From an uncultured delta proteobacterium (GTDB lineage Bacteria > Bdellovibrionota > FAC87 > UBA2466): DNA of 64,000 nucleotides. The translations under genes were made by a program, and so were the position numbers. Below, piece after piece: positions 1 through 11,293 of this stretch. Position 1 is the stretch's first letter. Each line of letters opens with the position of its first letter. Location: contig CAVZSV010000004.1 in assembly GCA_963778115.1 (NCBI GenBank), positions 160,001 to 224,000 of the forward strand, given 5' to 3'. The notes under the pieces are model-generated. The model worked only from the letters and a program-made list of their open reading frames with translations, had not been told where the DNA came from and searched no databases.

Positions 1-51
1 CCACAACCTCGTGCCAGCTTTGTTTAAACTTTGTTTAACTGGGGGTATTCG

Positions 52-1641
52 ATGCCAAAGGTATGCTACATGCAGCGAGCTAGTACGTTGGCTATATTTG
101 CCCTTGCCGCCCTGCTTCTAGTCTCCTGCGCTTCGCTAAATTCGGCCAGAGAGGGAGAAGTTCGAAAAAATGATGCGGTCGCCCAGCAAATTTCCCAAGC
201 GACGGGTGATACCAGTGATACCGCGGATGCCGGCCCTAAAACGGACAGGGGTGAGGTAAGTCAAACCGACAAATCGGCAGCCGAAAAGACCCCGGACGCT
301 ATTGAAAACCTAACTATTGGCGAAGTGATCGGGGCCGAAGAGCCCAATACGGCCAATCTATATGACAACAGCCGCTATGATTTCCCTATTACCGTAAATT
401 CCCGTGTGGAAGGATGGATCGACTACTTCACGGGGCGCGGCCGCATCCATATGGAACGCTATCTTTCGCGGTCCAGCCGTTACATGCCCATGATGCGACA
501 AATTCTAAAGAAGAATGGATTACCCGAAGATTTAGTTTACCTGGCTCTAATCGAAAGCGGATTTAACATGAGGGCCCGTTCGCGTGCCCGTGCTGTGGGG
601 CCTTGGCAATTTGTGAAAGCGACCGGCAAGCGTTACGGTCTGCGTGTTGACTCCTGGATCGATGAAAGGCGCGACTTTATCGCCAGTACCGAGGCTGCCG
701 CAAAGTATCTAAAGGATCTCTACCTCATGTTTGAGTCCTGGTACCTTGCCGCTTCCGCATATAACGCCGGAGAATATAAGATTTTGCGAGCCGTCGATTC
801 GGTGAAAACCCACAACTACTGGCGCATTTGCCAAAGCCACGCTATCAAACGCGAGACCAAAGACTACGTTCCTAAACTGATTGCAGCAGCAATCATCGGC
901 AAGAACCCTTCCAAATATGGCTTCGATGACGTCAGTTATGAAGATCCCGTAGCTTTTGAAACGGTTTCCGTGGATTTCCCTTTGCAGCTTAAAGAGATTG
1001 CAACCCTGGTGGACGCTCCCGAAGACGACATCTTAGACCTTAATCCGGAGCTCGCTCATGGTGTGGTCCCTCCGGATTCGAACACATACGAAGTTCGAGT
1101 TCCCGTTGGCTCGCGAGTCATCGTTGAACGGGCACTGGCGTCGATGAAGAGCGGAAATATTCCTGCCCAAATACCCTACCAGCATCTGGTGAAATCAGGC
1201 GACACTCTGCGAAGTGTCGCCCGCAAGTACCATATGCGGCTTAATGAGCTCGCCGCCGCCAATAATCTTTCTCCTCGAGAGAGGCTGGAACCCGGTTCCT
1301 CCCTCGTAATCCCTCATCGGATGGTTGCGACCTCCTCCAATCGGACTCCGTCCTCGGCTTCTGTCTCGGCACAACCCGCCGCAGCCACTAGCACCGCCAC
1401 CGCGAAAAAGTCTGTCCTTACCAACGATCAAGATGGTTTTATTCTTCATACCGTTCGTCGCGGCGAATCCCTTTGGTCGATTTCGGAAAAATATAGTGTC
1501 ACCATTCAAGACATCTTCAAGTGGAATAACCTCAAGAAATCGCGAATCTTTCCAGGCAAGCGATTACGAATCAGATCCGACAAAGAGTCGATGGCAGAAA
1601 GAACTGCCGTGGTGGTGCAGAAGAAAAAGCGGCACGGGTAA
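52..1641 (+). CDS. mltD: MltD-like membrane-bound lytic transglycosylase (SLT domain + LysM repeats), lipoprotein
   Basis: Lipobox-like LLVSC; SLT motifs LALIESGFN, AVGPWQF, ASAYNAGE, ETKDYVPK; LysM repeats (HLVKSGDTLRSVA, HTVRRGESLWSIS). ATG 52 chosen over TTG 31. Confidence 0.88.
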   Translation: MPKVCYMQRASTLAIFALAALLLVSCASLNSAREGEVRKNDAVAQQISQATGDTSDTADAGPKTDRGEVSQTDKSAAEKTPDAIENLTIGEVIGAEEPNTANLYDNSRYDFPITVNSRVEGWIDYFTGRGRIHMERYLSRSSRYMPMMRQILKKNGLPEDLVYLALIESGFNMRARSRARAVGPWQFVKATGKRYGLRVDSWIDERRDFIASTEAAAKYLKDLYLMFESWYLAASAYNAGEYKILRAVDSVKTHNYWRICQSHAIKRETKDYVPKLIAAAIIGKNPSKYGFDDVSYEDPVAFETVSVDFPLQLKEIATLVDAPEDDILDLNPELAHGVVPPDSNTYEVRVPVGSRVIVERALASMKSGNIPAQIPYQHLVKSGDTLRSVARKYHMRLNELAAANNLSPRERLEPGSSLVIPHRMVATSSNRTPSSASVSAQPAAATSTATAKKSVLTNDQDGFILHTVRRGESLWSISEKYSVTIQDIFKWNNLKKSRIFPGKRLRIRSDKESMAERTAVVVQKKKRHG

Positions 1642-1776
1642 TCGAGATTTTTCGACTCTCAGGCTACTGCGACCCCAACTCCCAAGTAATGACCGTGTGG
1701 ATAAAACCTGAACTTTCCTTAGGAATCAGTCGCTTCCTCGCCTTTTTTTTCCAGATGTGTTACTGAGCTGCGCTCT

Positions 1777-3018
1777 ATGCGCCTGGCTCCCTTTCTATTT
1801 TTTCTTGGTCTTTTAGCTGCTTTCGCCCATGCATCGCCCTCCAAAGCTCCTCCCCAAGTAATCTTAAGCTATCTTGTCCAACGGTATCTTCCCTTAAAGG
1901 GCAACAAATCGGGTTTCGAAATCATTTGCGCCAATGAGCTTCTAAACGCCCCTCATGGCGTATCTCTAAATGCTATCGTTGAAACCTTGGCGTATTCGCA
2001 GGTCACGGGCCGAGACCTCAATGATATACGACTCGGTTTTGGGGCCCCTTTTTCCTCCTTTGTAGACGGACTGGCCCCTCGCAGCTCAGTACTTCTTTCC
2101 GGAGGGGGCTATGGAATATACGGTTGGGAATTGATTAACCAGGGTCACCAAGTAACCATGGTCAACGCCCATAATTTTTATGGGGAACAATTTTACCAAG
2201 TCCTATTTCTCCATCGCAAGATTGCCGCAAGACTTTTTCTTGATGTTTTCGATAAAAAGACTCGGTCCTTTGAAACTATTGGGGCAATCCCCGTGGGGAT
2301 CTTCTCTCGCCTAGCTAGCGTGTTCCAGATTCCCCTTCCGCAAGCTATTACCATGGATAAGAGTGGTGGTTTCTCGGAGGAACGTTGGACTCTTGCGAAG
2401 AACATCCCCCCCGAACAATTCTTAATCTCCTTCTTTAAGTTTTGTGATCAAGTTGTTCAAGAACTTTCACGCAGAGATAACCTACCAGGACAAAACATTA
2501 ATATCGTCTACGATATCATTCAAACCGGCATCGAAACAATTCCGGACAACTCAATTCATCTGGCGATCGATTACATGGATGCCCTCTATTACTCTTCCGA
2601 CCGTTGGAAGGTTGCTAGCAACATCTACCAAAAAATGAAAGTAGGGGCCAAGCTCTATATTTATGGGGAAGGGCTTCTCGATTATGTCCGCCTGAGACCG
2701 AGAGAAAGAGAACGTTTTAAAGAGATCCCAAGTAGCGCTGAAGGCGTAGTACTTATGCCTATCTATCTCAAGGAAACATTTCCGAATGCTTTCGATATTT
2801 ACTGGACGAGGCACGGTGTCCCGTCGGCCTTCCGAGCTAAGGCGGGAAATCAAAACGAGTGGGATTCTCTCATTATTGTCATCGAGAAAAAAAGTGAACA
2901 ACCAATAGACTTCATGGAAGGGTTAAATTCTACAACGCTGTGGTTCTACGAGATACCGAGTAATAGGCTCTCACAAATGCAGGTTCCCTTTTCCGAGTTT
3001 AGATCGACCCGACCGTAA
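1777..3018 (+). CDS. Putative secreted protein with class I SAM-methyltransferase-like motifs
   Basis: Signal peptide MRLAPFLFFLGLLAAFAHA; motif I-like VLLSGGGYG; later IPDNSIHLAI...NIYQKMKVGAKLYI resembles motifs II/III. Confidence 0.5.
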   Translation: MRLAPFLFFLGLLAAFAHASPSKAPPQVILSYLVQRYLPLKGNKSGFEIICANELLNAPHGVSLNAIVETLAYSQVTGRDLNDIRLGFGAPFSSFVDGLAPRSSVLLSGGGYGIYGWELINQGHQVTMVNAHNFYGEQFYQVLFLHRKIAARLFLDVFDKKTRSFETIGAIPVGIFSRLASVFQIPLPQAITMDKSGGFSEERWTLAKNIPPEQFLISFFKFCDQVVQELSRRDNLPGQNINIVYDIIQTGIETIPDNSIHLAIDYMDALYYSSDRWKVASNIYQKMKVGAKLYIYGEGLLDYVRLRPRERERFKEIPSSAEGVVLMPIYLKETFPNAFDIYWTRHGVPSAFRAKAGNQNEWDSLIIVIEKKSEQPIDFMEGLNSTTLWFYEIPSNRLSQMQVPFSEFRSTRP

Positions 3019-5884
3019 AATAGAACTTTATCCCCTGCTGATTCGGTCCCAGCCCCTGAGCTAGGTCGATCACAATCGGACCCACCGGAGTCTTGTATCT
3101 AAAACCAAATCCTATGCCGTCATTTCGTCCTTGCGGGCTGCCGTTCGGAAAAATCTCTCCCGTGTCATAGAAAAGAGCACCGCCAATTCCCGAAAAAAGC
3201 GGCATCGTAATCTCAGCACGAAAATTATAGTAACCGGTATTTTGAACGGGAGGTCCAATGATAACGGTCGGGTTGTTCGGATCAGTCACCAGAGCGGTAA
3301 ACTGATTCAAATTGAAACCTCTTATCGATCCGCTGCCCCCCAAAGCGAGATCGTTTGCAAGACGGGCAGCGGGTAGCCCCTCTCCCGGAACCAAAGTCTG
3401 TGCCCAAGCAAAACCCGCGTAGAGCGCTAATACGGTGTTGGGTAACAATGGAAAATAGAAGGAGTTGCGGGAGAGGGCCATTACAAAAGAGTTATTCTGC
3501 GAAAGAAGTAGCGGACTAGACAACTCCAGATTTAAGGTGTGGTAGCTGCCCCATGACGGGTTATAAGGATCGTTGCGCAAGTCCACAATAATGCCGGGTC
3601 CCGTGGAACCGATAACGTCGACGACACTGCTTCCCGGCTGATTGAGGAACTCCGTCCGAGTACGCTCAAATTGGTAAATGCGATAAAGCCCGGTAACTTT
3701 AGACGACAGTTTCTTTTCTATCTTTCCTTGAACCTTCGTTCGGGTTTGAATAACGATTCCGGAATCGAGATTAGAAACTTCATAGCTATCGAAGATCACC
3801 TGTCCCGTAAACACCACGGGAATTTCAAAGGGATACGGAGCGCGATAACCTAATACGCCCGAATATTCGACGAACGGAATTAGAGTCCCCGTACGCTGCA
3901 GGGGCAAAGACAGCTCGGTTCTTGCCGATGCCGTTTGATTGAGGCCCCCGACATTCTTGTAGGCCAAACTTAGAAAAGACCTCAAACGCAAAAACGGATC
4001 TTCGTAAAATCCTCCGAAGCCCACTTCCCCCAGTCCCGGCTTTGTCTCTCGCACTATGACCTTTAGATCTTTTTTCTCGGTCTGTTTGGGATCCGTAGTG
4101 GGAACGATTTCCACTCGATTAAAAATACCAAGGGTGGACACTTTCTCTTCCGATAGTCGAACTTTGGTCCCGTCGTAAACATCCCCCTCTTTTATCTGCA
4201 TTTCGCGCAGAATGACCTTGTCTTTGGTCTTTTTATTTCCCTCGAGCTTGACCGACCCCACCAGATATTTTGGCCCTTCTACTACGTCCACTTCAATCGC
4301 AGCGTACTTCGAATCGCGAGAGATGAGATAATCCACCTCTTTACCGTCTACCAGGGCAAACCGCATATCGGCATATCCCATACTCTGGTACCGTGCCACC
4401 AACCGCTTCTTGGCCTCAAGCACGCGATCCTTATTGAAGGGAGAGTCTTTCTTTAGATCTAGCGTCGCTATGACTTGTTCTTTGGAAAGTTGGGTCACTC
4501 CGTGAATGTCGATGTCGCCCACTAACGTTCGAGTGCCACACTCTAGATCAAAAAAGATATCTACCCCTTTTCGGTCTTGCGAAAAGACGACCCGGGGAGT
4601 ATTTAGCGAAACATTGAGATAGCCTGCTTCCTGTAATCTTGTTCTCAAAGCTCGAACGGAATCCTCCATGCCTCCGTCCCAATAAACCCCGCGGCTCAAA
4701 ACTCCCGAGGCATTGTCATAAAACAGGGAACGAAGTTCAGATTCACTATAGTGGCCGAGTGAGCCATTGAAATGGATGGCATCGATAATAACTTTGGGTC
4801 CTTCGTCGATGTCGAAGCGGACGATGTTCAATTTGTCTTGGTCGCGTTGCACACTTCGAGTGCGTACTTTACAAAAATGGTACCCTATCGTGCGGTATTT
4901 CTTCTCGATAGACTCCGCGATTTTCTGACTAAAGTCTGCCTGCGAAAGAACCTCCTCAGTCAGTAATTCTCTTAAGTCCACGTCGTCAAAAACGTAATTA
5001 CCTTCAAATTGAAACTGGAACCTCCCGTTCATCTTCACTGAGATGCCAACCACCACTTGACTTTGATCCGTGTTAAAATCGACGTTAGAACCCTCCACTT
5101 TCGACGTGGGATACTGATTCGCCTGTAAGTACTCGTTGATCTTTACAATACTTTCATCCAACAGATCACGCGAGAAGACTCCCCCTACTCTAAGCTTCAC
5201 CTGCTTCTTCATCGCCGCATTTTCTTCCGGACTTGCCCCCACTACCGAGATCGAGCCCACCGTGGTCGGTTCATGAGCATCGATTACAAACTGCGCATCA
5301 GATTCCGAACTGTTCGGAACATCAATAAATTTGATATCAATATGGACTTTGTAGAAGCCTCGCGATTGATAAGCTGCTTTCAAGCGATCTTTCAAAGAAT
5401 CGAGGACCCGCATATCGACGGTTCGGCCGTCATCCCAGTCAATGCTTGCCCGAACGTCGTCTAAGATCTTACTGTCACCATTTACAAAGAGAACCTGTCT
5501 GATTTTTCTAAGACGCTCGGCTCTAACGCTGACCAAAATTCCGCCTGACGTTCTAGAAGCCTCTACGAACACGTCCTGGTAGGTCCCCTTAGCTTGCAAC
5601 GCTCGAATGCCTTCATCAAGACGCTTTCCATCGATATGGCTTCCAATAGCAAGCCCAAGGCTCTTAACCACCGATTCCAGATCGCCTTTCTTGATATTGG
5701 GAGAATCGATAGCGACAACGGGGAGTTCGGTTACGTCCTGCCCGACATCCTCCCCTTTTGCGGCGTCCGCTGCCACAACCACAGAGGGGCACAGAGCCAC
5801 TGCCAATACGATGCTTAGTAGGATAGATCTTGCCCAACGCACTCGACTACTCGAACGAAAACCGATAACGAATGTCGATGCCAT
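2999..5884 (-). CDS. tamA: Omp85-family (TamA/BamA-like) outer membrane protein with about 7 POTRA domains
   Basis: Seven POTRA-like segments (e.g. GNKKTKDKVILREM, YQSRGFY, LQEAGY); barrel motifs SIRGF and GFGFRYKTPVGPIVIDLA; directly downstream of tamB. ATG 5884 gives a signal peptide. Confidence 0.85.
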   Translation of the reverse strand: MASTFVIGFRSSSRVRWARSILLSIVLAVALCPSVVVAADAAKGEDVGQDVTELPVVAIDSPNIKKGDLESVVKSLGLAIGSHIDGKRLDEGIRALQAKGTYQDVFVEASRTSGGILVSVRAERLRKIRQVLFVNGDSKILDDVRASIDWDDGRTVDMRVLDSLKDRLKAAYQSRGFYKVHIDIKFIDVPNSSESDAQFVIDAHEPTTVGSISVVGASPEENAAMKKQVKLRVGGVFSRDLLDESIVKINEYLQANQYPTSKVEGSNVDFNTDQSQVVVGISVKMNGRFQFQFEGNYVFDDVDLRELLTEEVLSQADFSQKIAESIEKKYRTIGYHFCKVRTRSVQRDQDKLNIVRFDIDEGPKVIIDAIHFNGSLGHYSESELRSLFYDNASGVLSRGVYWDGGMEDSVRALRTRLQEAGYLNVSLNTPRVVFSQDRKGVDIFFDLECGTRTLVGDIDIHGVTQLSKEQVIATLDLKKDSPFNKDRVLEAKKRLVARYQSMGYADMRFALVDGKEVDYLISRDSKYAAIEVDVVEGPKYLVGSVKLEGNKKTKDKVILREMQIKEGDVYDGTKVRLSEEKVSTLGIFNRVEIVPTTDPKQTEKKDLKVIVRETKPGLGEVGFGGFYEDPFLRLRSFLSLAYKNVGGLNQTASARTELSLPLQRTGTLIPFVEYSGVLGYRAPYPFEIPVVFTGQVIFDSYEVSNLDSGIVIQTRTKVQGKIEKKLSSKVTGLYRIYQFERTRTEFLNQPGSSVVDVIGSTGPGIIVDLRNDPYNPSWGSYHTLNLELSSPLLLSQNNSFVMALSRNSFYFPLLPNTVLALYAGFAWAQTLVPGEGLPAARLANDLALGGSGSIRGFNLNQFTALVTDPNNPTVIIGPPVQNTGYYNFRAEITMPLFSGIGGALFYDTGEIFPNGSPQGRNDGIGFGFRYKTPVGPIVIDLAQGLGPNQQGIKFYFTVGSI

Positions 5885-8800
5885 ACGACTGCGTTGTCGT
5901 TGTGTCGGTACCGCCCACATTCCCGTCCACCGCGGTACCATTGATCGTGTAGTTATCGTCCAGCATATGTTCAATCTTCAATTCCCGGAAAGGAATGGCT
6001 TCAAGCGTATTAGAATAGGACACTTTTGTGCGGTTGGTAATGTCTTTTTGTATCTTAACGGCGGGCACCGTAATGTCCGAAGAGACCGATGCCGCGGCCG
6101 CCGTAGCCGGTGTTATTGGGGTGCTAGACCGGCTCTGGGTATTGAAACGAATGTCTAATCCCAACTGACTTTCAATCTTGGATTGCAGTGGGATTTGCCC
6201 CACCAAGGTACTCCCTAGATCCAGATAATTTCCATCTTCTCTCTTGCTGGTGACCCCCAATAGCAGAAGCGAAATGATATCGGCTTCTGCCAATTCAGGC
6301 GTCGAGGTCAGCAAAATCTTATAATTGGTGGGCGTTCCGGTCACCGTTAAATTAACCTCGTACTGCTGGGAAGTTTGGGCCTGGGTGACTTGGGTGGTCG
6401 TTACCGACTCTTGGACCATCGCTCGTCCGGATATGGCAAACCGGGGAGCAATGTGATTACTAGACTCAAACTTCACATTGCCTGAGTTAAGGGTGAACTT
6501 CCGCTCCCGGAATAGAATCGAGCCCTGTATCAATTCGGAGGATCCCAAAAGGCCCAAATCCACGTTATTACCCACGAGATGGAAATTTCCCTTGAATTCG
6601 GCATTCATGACATCGGTAGTCACCAATAACTTATCTTTCGATTCGCAGGAGACATCGACAGTGAATAACGGTGCAGATGAAGATTGGTCATTTTGAGTTA
6701 CGTCAAAACGGGTCAAATTTCCTTCGATAAGACGGCATTTTCCCGCTAGCTCATAAGGCCGATTGTTGCCTTTGATCGTAAACTCCCCGGACAACCGGGT
6801 GGTTAGATAATTTCCGGTACGAATAACGACACGGTTGGCGGCAATGCGAAGGTTCGGAATCAGGCTCTCAAATTTATTGACGTGGACATCTCCTTCGACA
6901 GTGACAAGGCCGCCGTTTAACGTCGATTCGAAATGATCCACGTTGATGCGATCCTGGCTCAGGCTTAATTGCATTTGCGCTGATTTAAATTCGTCGTTAA
7001 TTCCCGTCATCCGGAAAGTGCCGTCCTCAAGAGAAATATTTCCCAGCAAGTTAAAATTACGCGGAGTCCCCGAAACTCGAATGGCGGCTGATAGCTTCCC
7101 CGATCCATACTCAAGTCCAGGCACAAAGGGCTGCACAAATTGCAAGTCCAATTTTCCGTCTAGATTAAGCTGAATAGACTTTTCTGGCTCAAAAGCGACG
7201 TCAAAAGCGAGTTGGCTGTCTTTTCCAATAACACTGGCATGACTGACTTTGATAGCTCCGTTATCGACGTCCACCACAATAGGCTCTTGATTCTTCATCG
7301 GAGTCCCTTTTAGGCCCAGGTTCAAAGTGGTGATCTTCCCTCCCCCTTTAAACGAACTCCAATCCGAAAGAGAACCTTTCAGGTTGATGTCTCCCGTCGC
7401 TGTGATCTCATTTACGGTCGGAATGTCTTTGCCCAAAAGTACGGTAGTAAAAGGAGTAAAATCAAATTCCTCGAACGAGAGTTGAATCGTCCAAGGGTGT
7501 TGTCCCACACCGTCACGAATTAAACTCCCATTTAGCTTCTCGCCTAAGAGATTACCGACTATTTCAAGTCGCTGGCCGTCGCTTTTGATCTTAAAATGAG
7601 ACGGCGGAAGCGGATTATCCCGGAAGGTAGCGTTCGTTAGTGTAATATCTCCCGTTCCACTGGGTTCGGTGAGATCTTGTCCTTCCAAAACCACTTCCCC
7701 TAAGATCTCTCCGGACAAAGGCGACCGGCCGATGTGATTCAGCTCCTCGACGCGCAACCCATGACTTAGAAAACTGAGTCGCGAACGATCGTCTCCGAAG
7801 TGGCCTCGGATATCTAGCCCCCCCGACTTTTTTAAGAGAACCAAACGGCTAATATCGGTCTTGTTGGTTCGAAATGTGGCAAAAAAACTAGAAGACAGCC
7901 AGTCTTCGTCATACCATTTGAAATTCTTCGCCTGCCCCGAAGCGATGACCTCCATCCCCTCGTCGTCATGGCCCCCCTCGATAGACATGCGGGCCGATAC
8001 TTCTCCTCCTTTGGGAGGAGCGAACTTCAACTTTTTCTGACCGAATGCTTTGAAAGCATCATCGACGCCAAGTCGCTTTCCCTCGACGCTAAACTTGTAG
8101 TGCGTTTTGTCGGGATTAAAGTCGACAAACCCGTTCCCTTTGACAGGCTCCATCGTGGTCGCGGCCTCTAGATTTTCGAAGGAAAGGAGTTGGTTTTGGT
8201 AGTATGCCTGCCCGCGCACACTGCCCAAATAAATTTTTGAGATAGCGGCATCAGACACCGTGAAGTTGCCTAAGATCTTGGCATCGGATCCCGCGACGTC
8301 CACGTCCGCGGTGAGGTCCGTAACACCCGCAAGTGACAGCTGAGCAACATGGCCAAGGCCTGTCAAGGAAAGGTGGGTGGCCTGAGCTTTAACTTTGGCG
8401 ATATTATCGTAGCCCACGTACCCTTGTCCGTCCAAAGTTCCGCCCAAAAGCGCCACATGAGCGTTAAAAGTCATTTTGTCTTCGTAGAAATTAAGATTGG
8501 TCTGCATGGTACCGGCGTCTACCGCAACGATAGTGTCTTTTTCCGATTTGCCGTACTTGTTAATGACCGCAAAGTTGGTGAAGTTTCCGTTGAGATCCCC
8601 ATGAATCTCTAAAGGACCGGCCAAGTCCCCTTTGACTGCCATGGGACCATTGGTAGAAAGACGCACAAGCGAGCCCGGGTTTTTAACGCTGTCTAAAATA
8701 CCATCTAGACGCACCCCGTGAAGGGTTAAGTCCCCCGCCAAAGGATAGCGGCCACTTAGCCCAATGGTGATAAGCTTCGAAGTGAGTTCTCCGCCCCCAT

Positions 8801-9791
8801 ACTTTAGATTCACTTCGGTAAAACTCACTTTGGAGCCGGTGAGTCCAAACTCGACGGAGCCTCTGCCAATCTTGTAACCATCCAGCATGATGTCCTGGTA
8901 GCGGATCGAGCCGTTTCCTTCGTAAGATCCATTCGCAATCATGACGGTTCCTTGGGAAGCCAGTACGCCGTCTAGTTGCGGAGTTTTCAATTCAGGAATG
9001 CGATTCAAAAGAGCCAGTGGAACTCGCACGTCGAAAGATGCCGTTAGCGAGGATGGTAAGCCACCGTTAGGAACGGAAGACGCTCCTTTGAGGTTGATGG
9101 ATAACTGATCCCCCTCGACAACAGCGCGGTTCACTCTCATGCTTTTCTTGGTTAGATCGATGTCAACGTCTACGTTATTCAAATGAAGTTTCAGATCGCC
9201 TCGCTCCACTTCGAGATCGCGAGAGACAATGGTCAGATTTTGTTGTTGCGTGAGACTGTTTTCCACGAATGCCGAAAGGCTGTGCGAACGGATCGCAATG
9301 TTAGGGTCCTTGGCGTCAATATCAAAAAGAGCATCGACGACGCCTACTTTCTTGAGAACCAAGTTGAAAGTACCTCCTTTAAACTCAGGAGGTTTTCGAC
9401 TTGCCGTTAGGGCTTCGATTTTTTTGTAGAGCAGATCCGCACGAGGGATAATAAGCCTGGGATGGAAGAGAATAGCCTCTTCGATCACTAGTCTCTTCGA
9501 AATGAGAGCTAAGGGCTGAAACTCGATCTTGATCTTGTCTATCGGGAGAGGATGAACCAGTTGAATTTTCGCGTGAGGCAATGACCTTAGCGTGACTCGA
9601 TTTAGATAGATTTTTGGTGTGAAGGCGGAAAACTCGATACTCTCAATTTGAAGATCGATGCCATAAGCAGAAAGTGCCTTGCGGATCTCTTCAACGACAC
9701 GGTGCTGCACGGGGCTACTTCCCAGCGCAAGGTGCAGCCCTAGATACAATCCTAGAATCACCATGCCGAATGTGAAAAATCCTTTTCGCAC
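5847..9791 (-). CDS. tamB: Translocation/assembly module TamB (DUF490) family protein
   Basis: 1314 aa, N-terminal membrane anchor, beta-taco-like repeats, C-terminal LTSTPELAEADIISLLLLG...YGIDIRYRFSFE. Confidence 0.88.
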   Translation of the reverse strand: MRKGFFTFGMVILGLYLGLHLALGSSPVQHRVVEEIRKALSAYGIDLQIESIEFSAFTPKIYLNRVTLRSLPHAKIQLVHPLPIDKIKIEFQPLALISKRLVIEEAILFHPRLIIPRADLLYKKIEALTASRKPPEFKGGTFNLVLKKVGVVDALFDIDAKDPNIAIRSHSLSAFVENSLTQQQNLTIVSRDLEVERGDLKLHLNNVDVDIDLTKKSMRVNRAVVEGDQLSINLKGASSVPNGGLPSSLTASFDVRVPLALLNRIPELKTPQLDGVLASQGTVMIANGSYEGNGSIRYQDIMLDGYKIGRGSVEFGLTGSKVSFTEVNLKYGGGELTSKLITIGLSGRYPLAGDLTLHGVRLDGILDSVKNPGSLVRLSTNGPMAVKGDLAGPLEIHGDLNGNFTNFAVINKYGKSEKDTIVAVDAGTMQTNLNFYEDKMTFNAHVALLGGTLDGQGYVGYDNIAKVKAQATHLSLTGLGHVAQLSLAGVTDLTADVDVAGSDAKILGNFTVSDAAISKIYLGSVRGQAYYQNQLLSFENLEAATTMEPVKGNGFVDFNPDKTHYKFSVEGKRLGVDDAFKAFGQKKLKFAPPKGGEVSARMSIEGGHDDEGMEVIASGQAKNFKWYDEDWLSSSFFATFRTNKTDISRLVLLKKSGGLDIRGHFGDDRSRLSFLSHGLRVEELNHIGRSPLSGEILGEVVLEGQDLTEPSGTGDITLTNATFRDNPLPPSHFKIKSDGQRLEIVGNLLGEKLNGSLIRDGVGQHPWTIQLSFEEFDFTPFTTVLLGKDIPTVNEITATGDINLKGSLSDWSSFKGGGKITTLNLGLKGTPMKNQEPIVVDVDNGAIKVSHASVIGKDSQLAFDVAFEPEKSIQLNLDGKLDLQFVQPFVPGLEYGSGKLSAAIRVSGTPRNFNLLGNISLEDGTFRMTGINDEFKSAQMQLSLSQDRINVDHFESTLNGGLVTVEGDVHVNKFESLIPNLRIAANRVVIRTGNYLTTRLSGEFTIKGNNRPYELAGKCRLIEGNLTRFDVTQNDQSSSAPLFTVDVSCESKDKLLVTTDVMNAEFKGNFHLVGNNVDLGLLGSSELIQGSILFRERKFTLNSGNVKFESSNHIAPRFAISGRAMVQESVTTTQVTQAQTSQQYEVNLTVTGTPTNYKILLTSTPELAEADIISLLLLGVTSKREDGNYLDLGSTLVGQIPLQSKIESQLGLDIRFNTQSRSSTPITPATAAAASVSSDITVPAVKIQKDITNRTKVSYSNTLEAIPFRELKIEHMLDDNYTINGTAVDGNVGGTDTTTTQSYGIDIRYRFSFE

Positions 9792-9807
9792 GTTTTATTA
9801 AGTCCCT

Positions 9808-11070
9808 CTAAGACTTCCTTCTTCGCTTAACCCCGCCACTCTCTTCAGTACGCCCTTCGGGTGCCAGATGCCTTCCTCCCAGAAGCCCTTCCATCCGTGA
9901 CTTTACACTCTTTAGGTTACGGTAAAATGGATTCTTATGTTCCACCCACCTTAGGTGGATAAGCGCTTGTCCTACGTCTCCCAATCGAAGATAAAGCTCG
10001 GTCAATTGATAGTGCGCTTCCATTTCGACGATTGCACTTGCGTTGGGCCGCCGTAAAACGGATTGAAAGACCTCTAAAGCGGCAAGATCGCTTCCCTGCC
10101 TTATCAAGATGTCTCCGACCAAACATTGCGCTTCAGCGAAAAAAGGGCTCTCCGCAGGAACGGTTCGCAACTCCTCTAGAGCTGCTTGAAAGAGCTCCAT
10201 TTCTAAATAGGCCATAGCCATATCGATTCGAGACTTGAAATCATCTGCTAAGATTTTGTCACTCTTAGCCCTAAACTCCGCTAGAAGGGGCGAGATTTGG
10301 TCGTAATGCTCGGCGATTTTTAATTGCTTCGTCTTAAAATTCTCGGGTGACTCTTCCTCCAATTCCTCTTCTAACTCAGCAATGAGCATGCCCAAATTTT
10401 TCTCCGCTTTCGGGTTACCGACAACCGTCGAGTGCTCAAATCCACTTAGCAATACAATAAGGTCGGCCCGACGGAGCTTTGCAATTTCAAATCTCTCTAA
10501 ATGTTTCAACATTTCAGTTGCCTTAAATTTCGTATAAAGTCTTTTCAGCCGACGGATCACAACTTTATCAGACGACTTAGTCTTTAAGGCATCGAGCAAA
10601 GCCGAGTGCATGGCATCCCAGTCGCCAGCGTCTGCGTAGGCCGTGGCCAGGCCCAGGAAACCAAAAGCAGAGGTTCTTTCCACGCCCAGAATGGCTTCAT
10701 AGTAAGTACGTCTTGTTTTGGGAGAGTTTTTATAGTGTTTATCTATCCACGCCGATGCAAATAGGGCGTGTTTTCGTCGCATCGCGGTTCGCGCGAAAAG
10801 TTGCAGTAGCTGTTTCATATCGCGCTCTCTATGGGCCCTCTCCTCAATCTTGATACTAATCCAAAGAGCCTTTAGCGAATGGGGGGATATCTTTAGCGCC
10901 CGTTTAAGCAAATGCTGTGCGATCGCATGGTGGTTTCGACGCTCCAAAACCTCCGCCACTTTGGCATAAGCCATCGCCGCAGCACGTTTTTTCCCCTTCG
11001 ATTCAAGTTCACGCGCCCGGTGCAGACGATATTTGGAAGGTGGTTTCCCCATAAGTGAAATGGTTACCAT
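9808..11070 (-). CDS. TPR protein, Bd2492/SgmX-like
   Basis: TPR helices; C-terminal RIDMAMAYLEMELFQAALEE...NPFYRNL; first gene of the TPR-tamB-tamA operon. Confidence 0.7.
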   Translation of the reverse strand: MVTISLMGKPPSKYRLHRARELESKGKKRAAAMAYAKVAEVLERRNHHAIAQHLLKRALKISPHSLKALWISIKIEERAHRERDMKQLLQLFARTAMRRKHALFASAWIDKHYKNSPKTRRTYYEAILGVERTSAFGFLGLATAYADAGDWDAMHSALLDALKTKSSDKVVIRRLKRLYTKFKATEMLKHLERFEIAKLRRADLIVLLSGFEHSTVVGNPKAEKNLGMLIAELEEELEEESPENFKTKQLKIAEHYDQISPLLAEFRAKSDKILADDFKSRIDMAMAYLEMELFQAALEELRTVPAESPFFAEAQCLVGDILIRQGSDLAALEVFQSVLRRPNASAIVEMEAHYQLTELYLRLGDVGQALIHLRWVEHKNPFYRNLKSVKSRMEGLLGGRHLAPEGRTEESGGVKRRRKS

Positions 11071-11293
11071 GGCTTACTAATATGACTCAGCGCGTATTGG
11101 CGCGCAGAAACCGGGTGAACCACTTCCCTATTGTCTCGCCAAAGCTAAGGAATTACTTAAGCTCGATTTGCTTCTAAAAACCCTAGATAAGACGTGGAAT
11201 TGGGGCTCCGCGTGACAGAAAAAGATACCCTAATTTGCAATTATACTGCCGTGTGTTAAGCCTCAGGCAGAGGGCATTTTTTAGGAGTCTTTC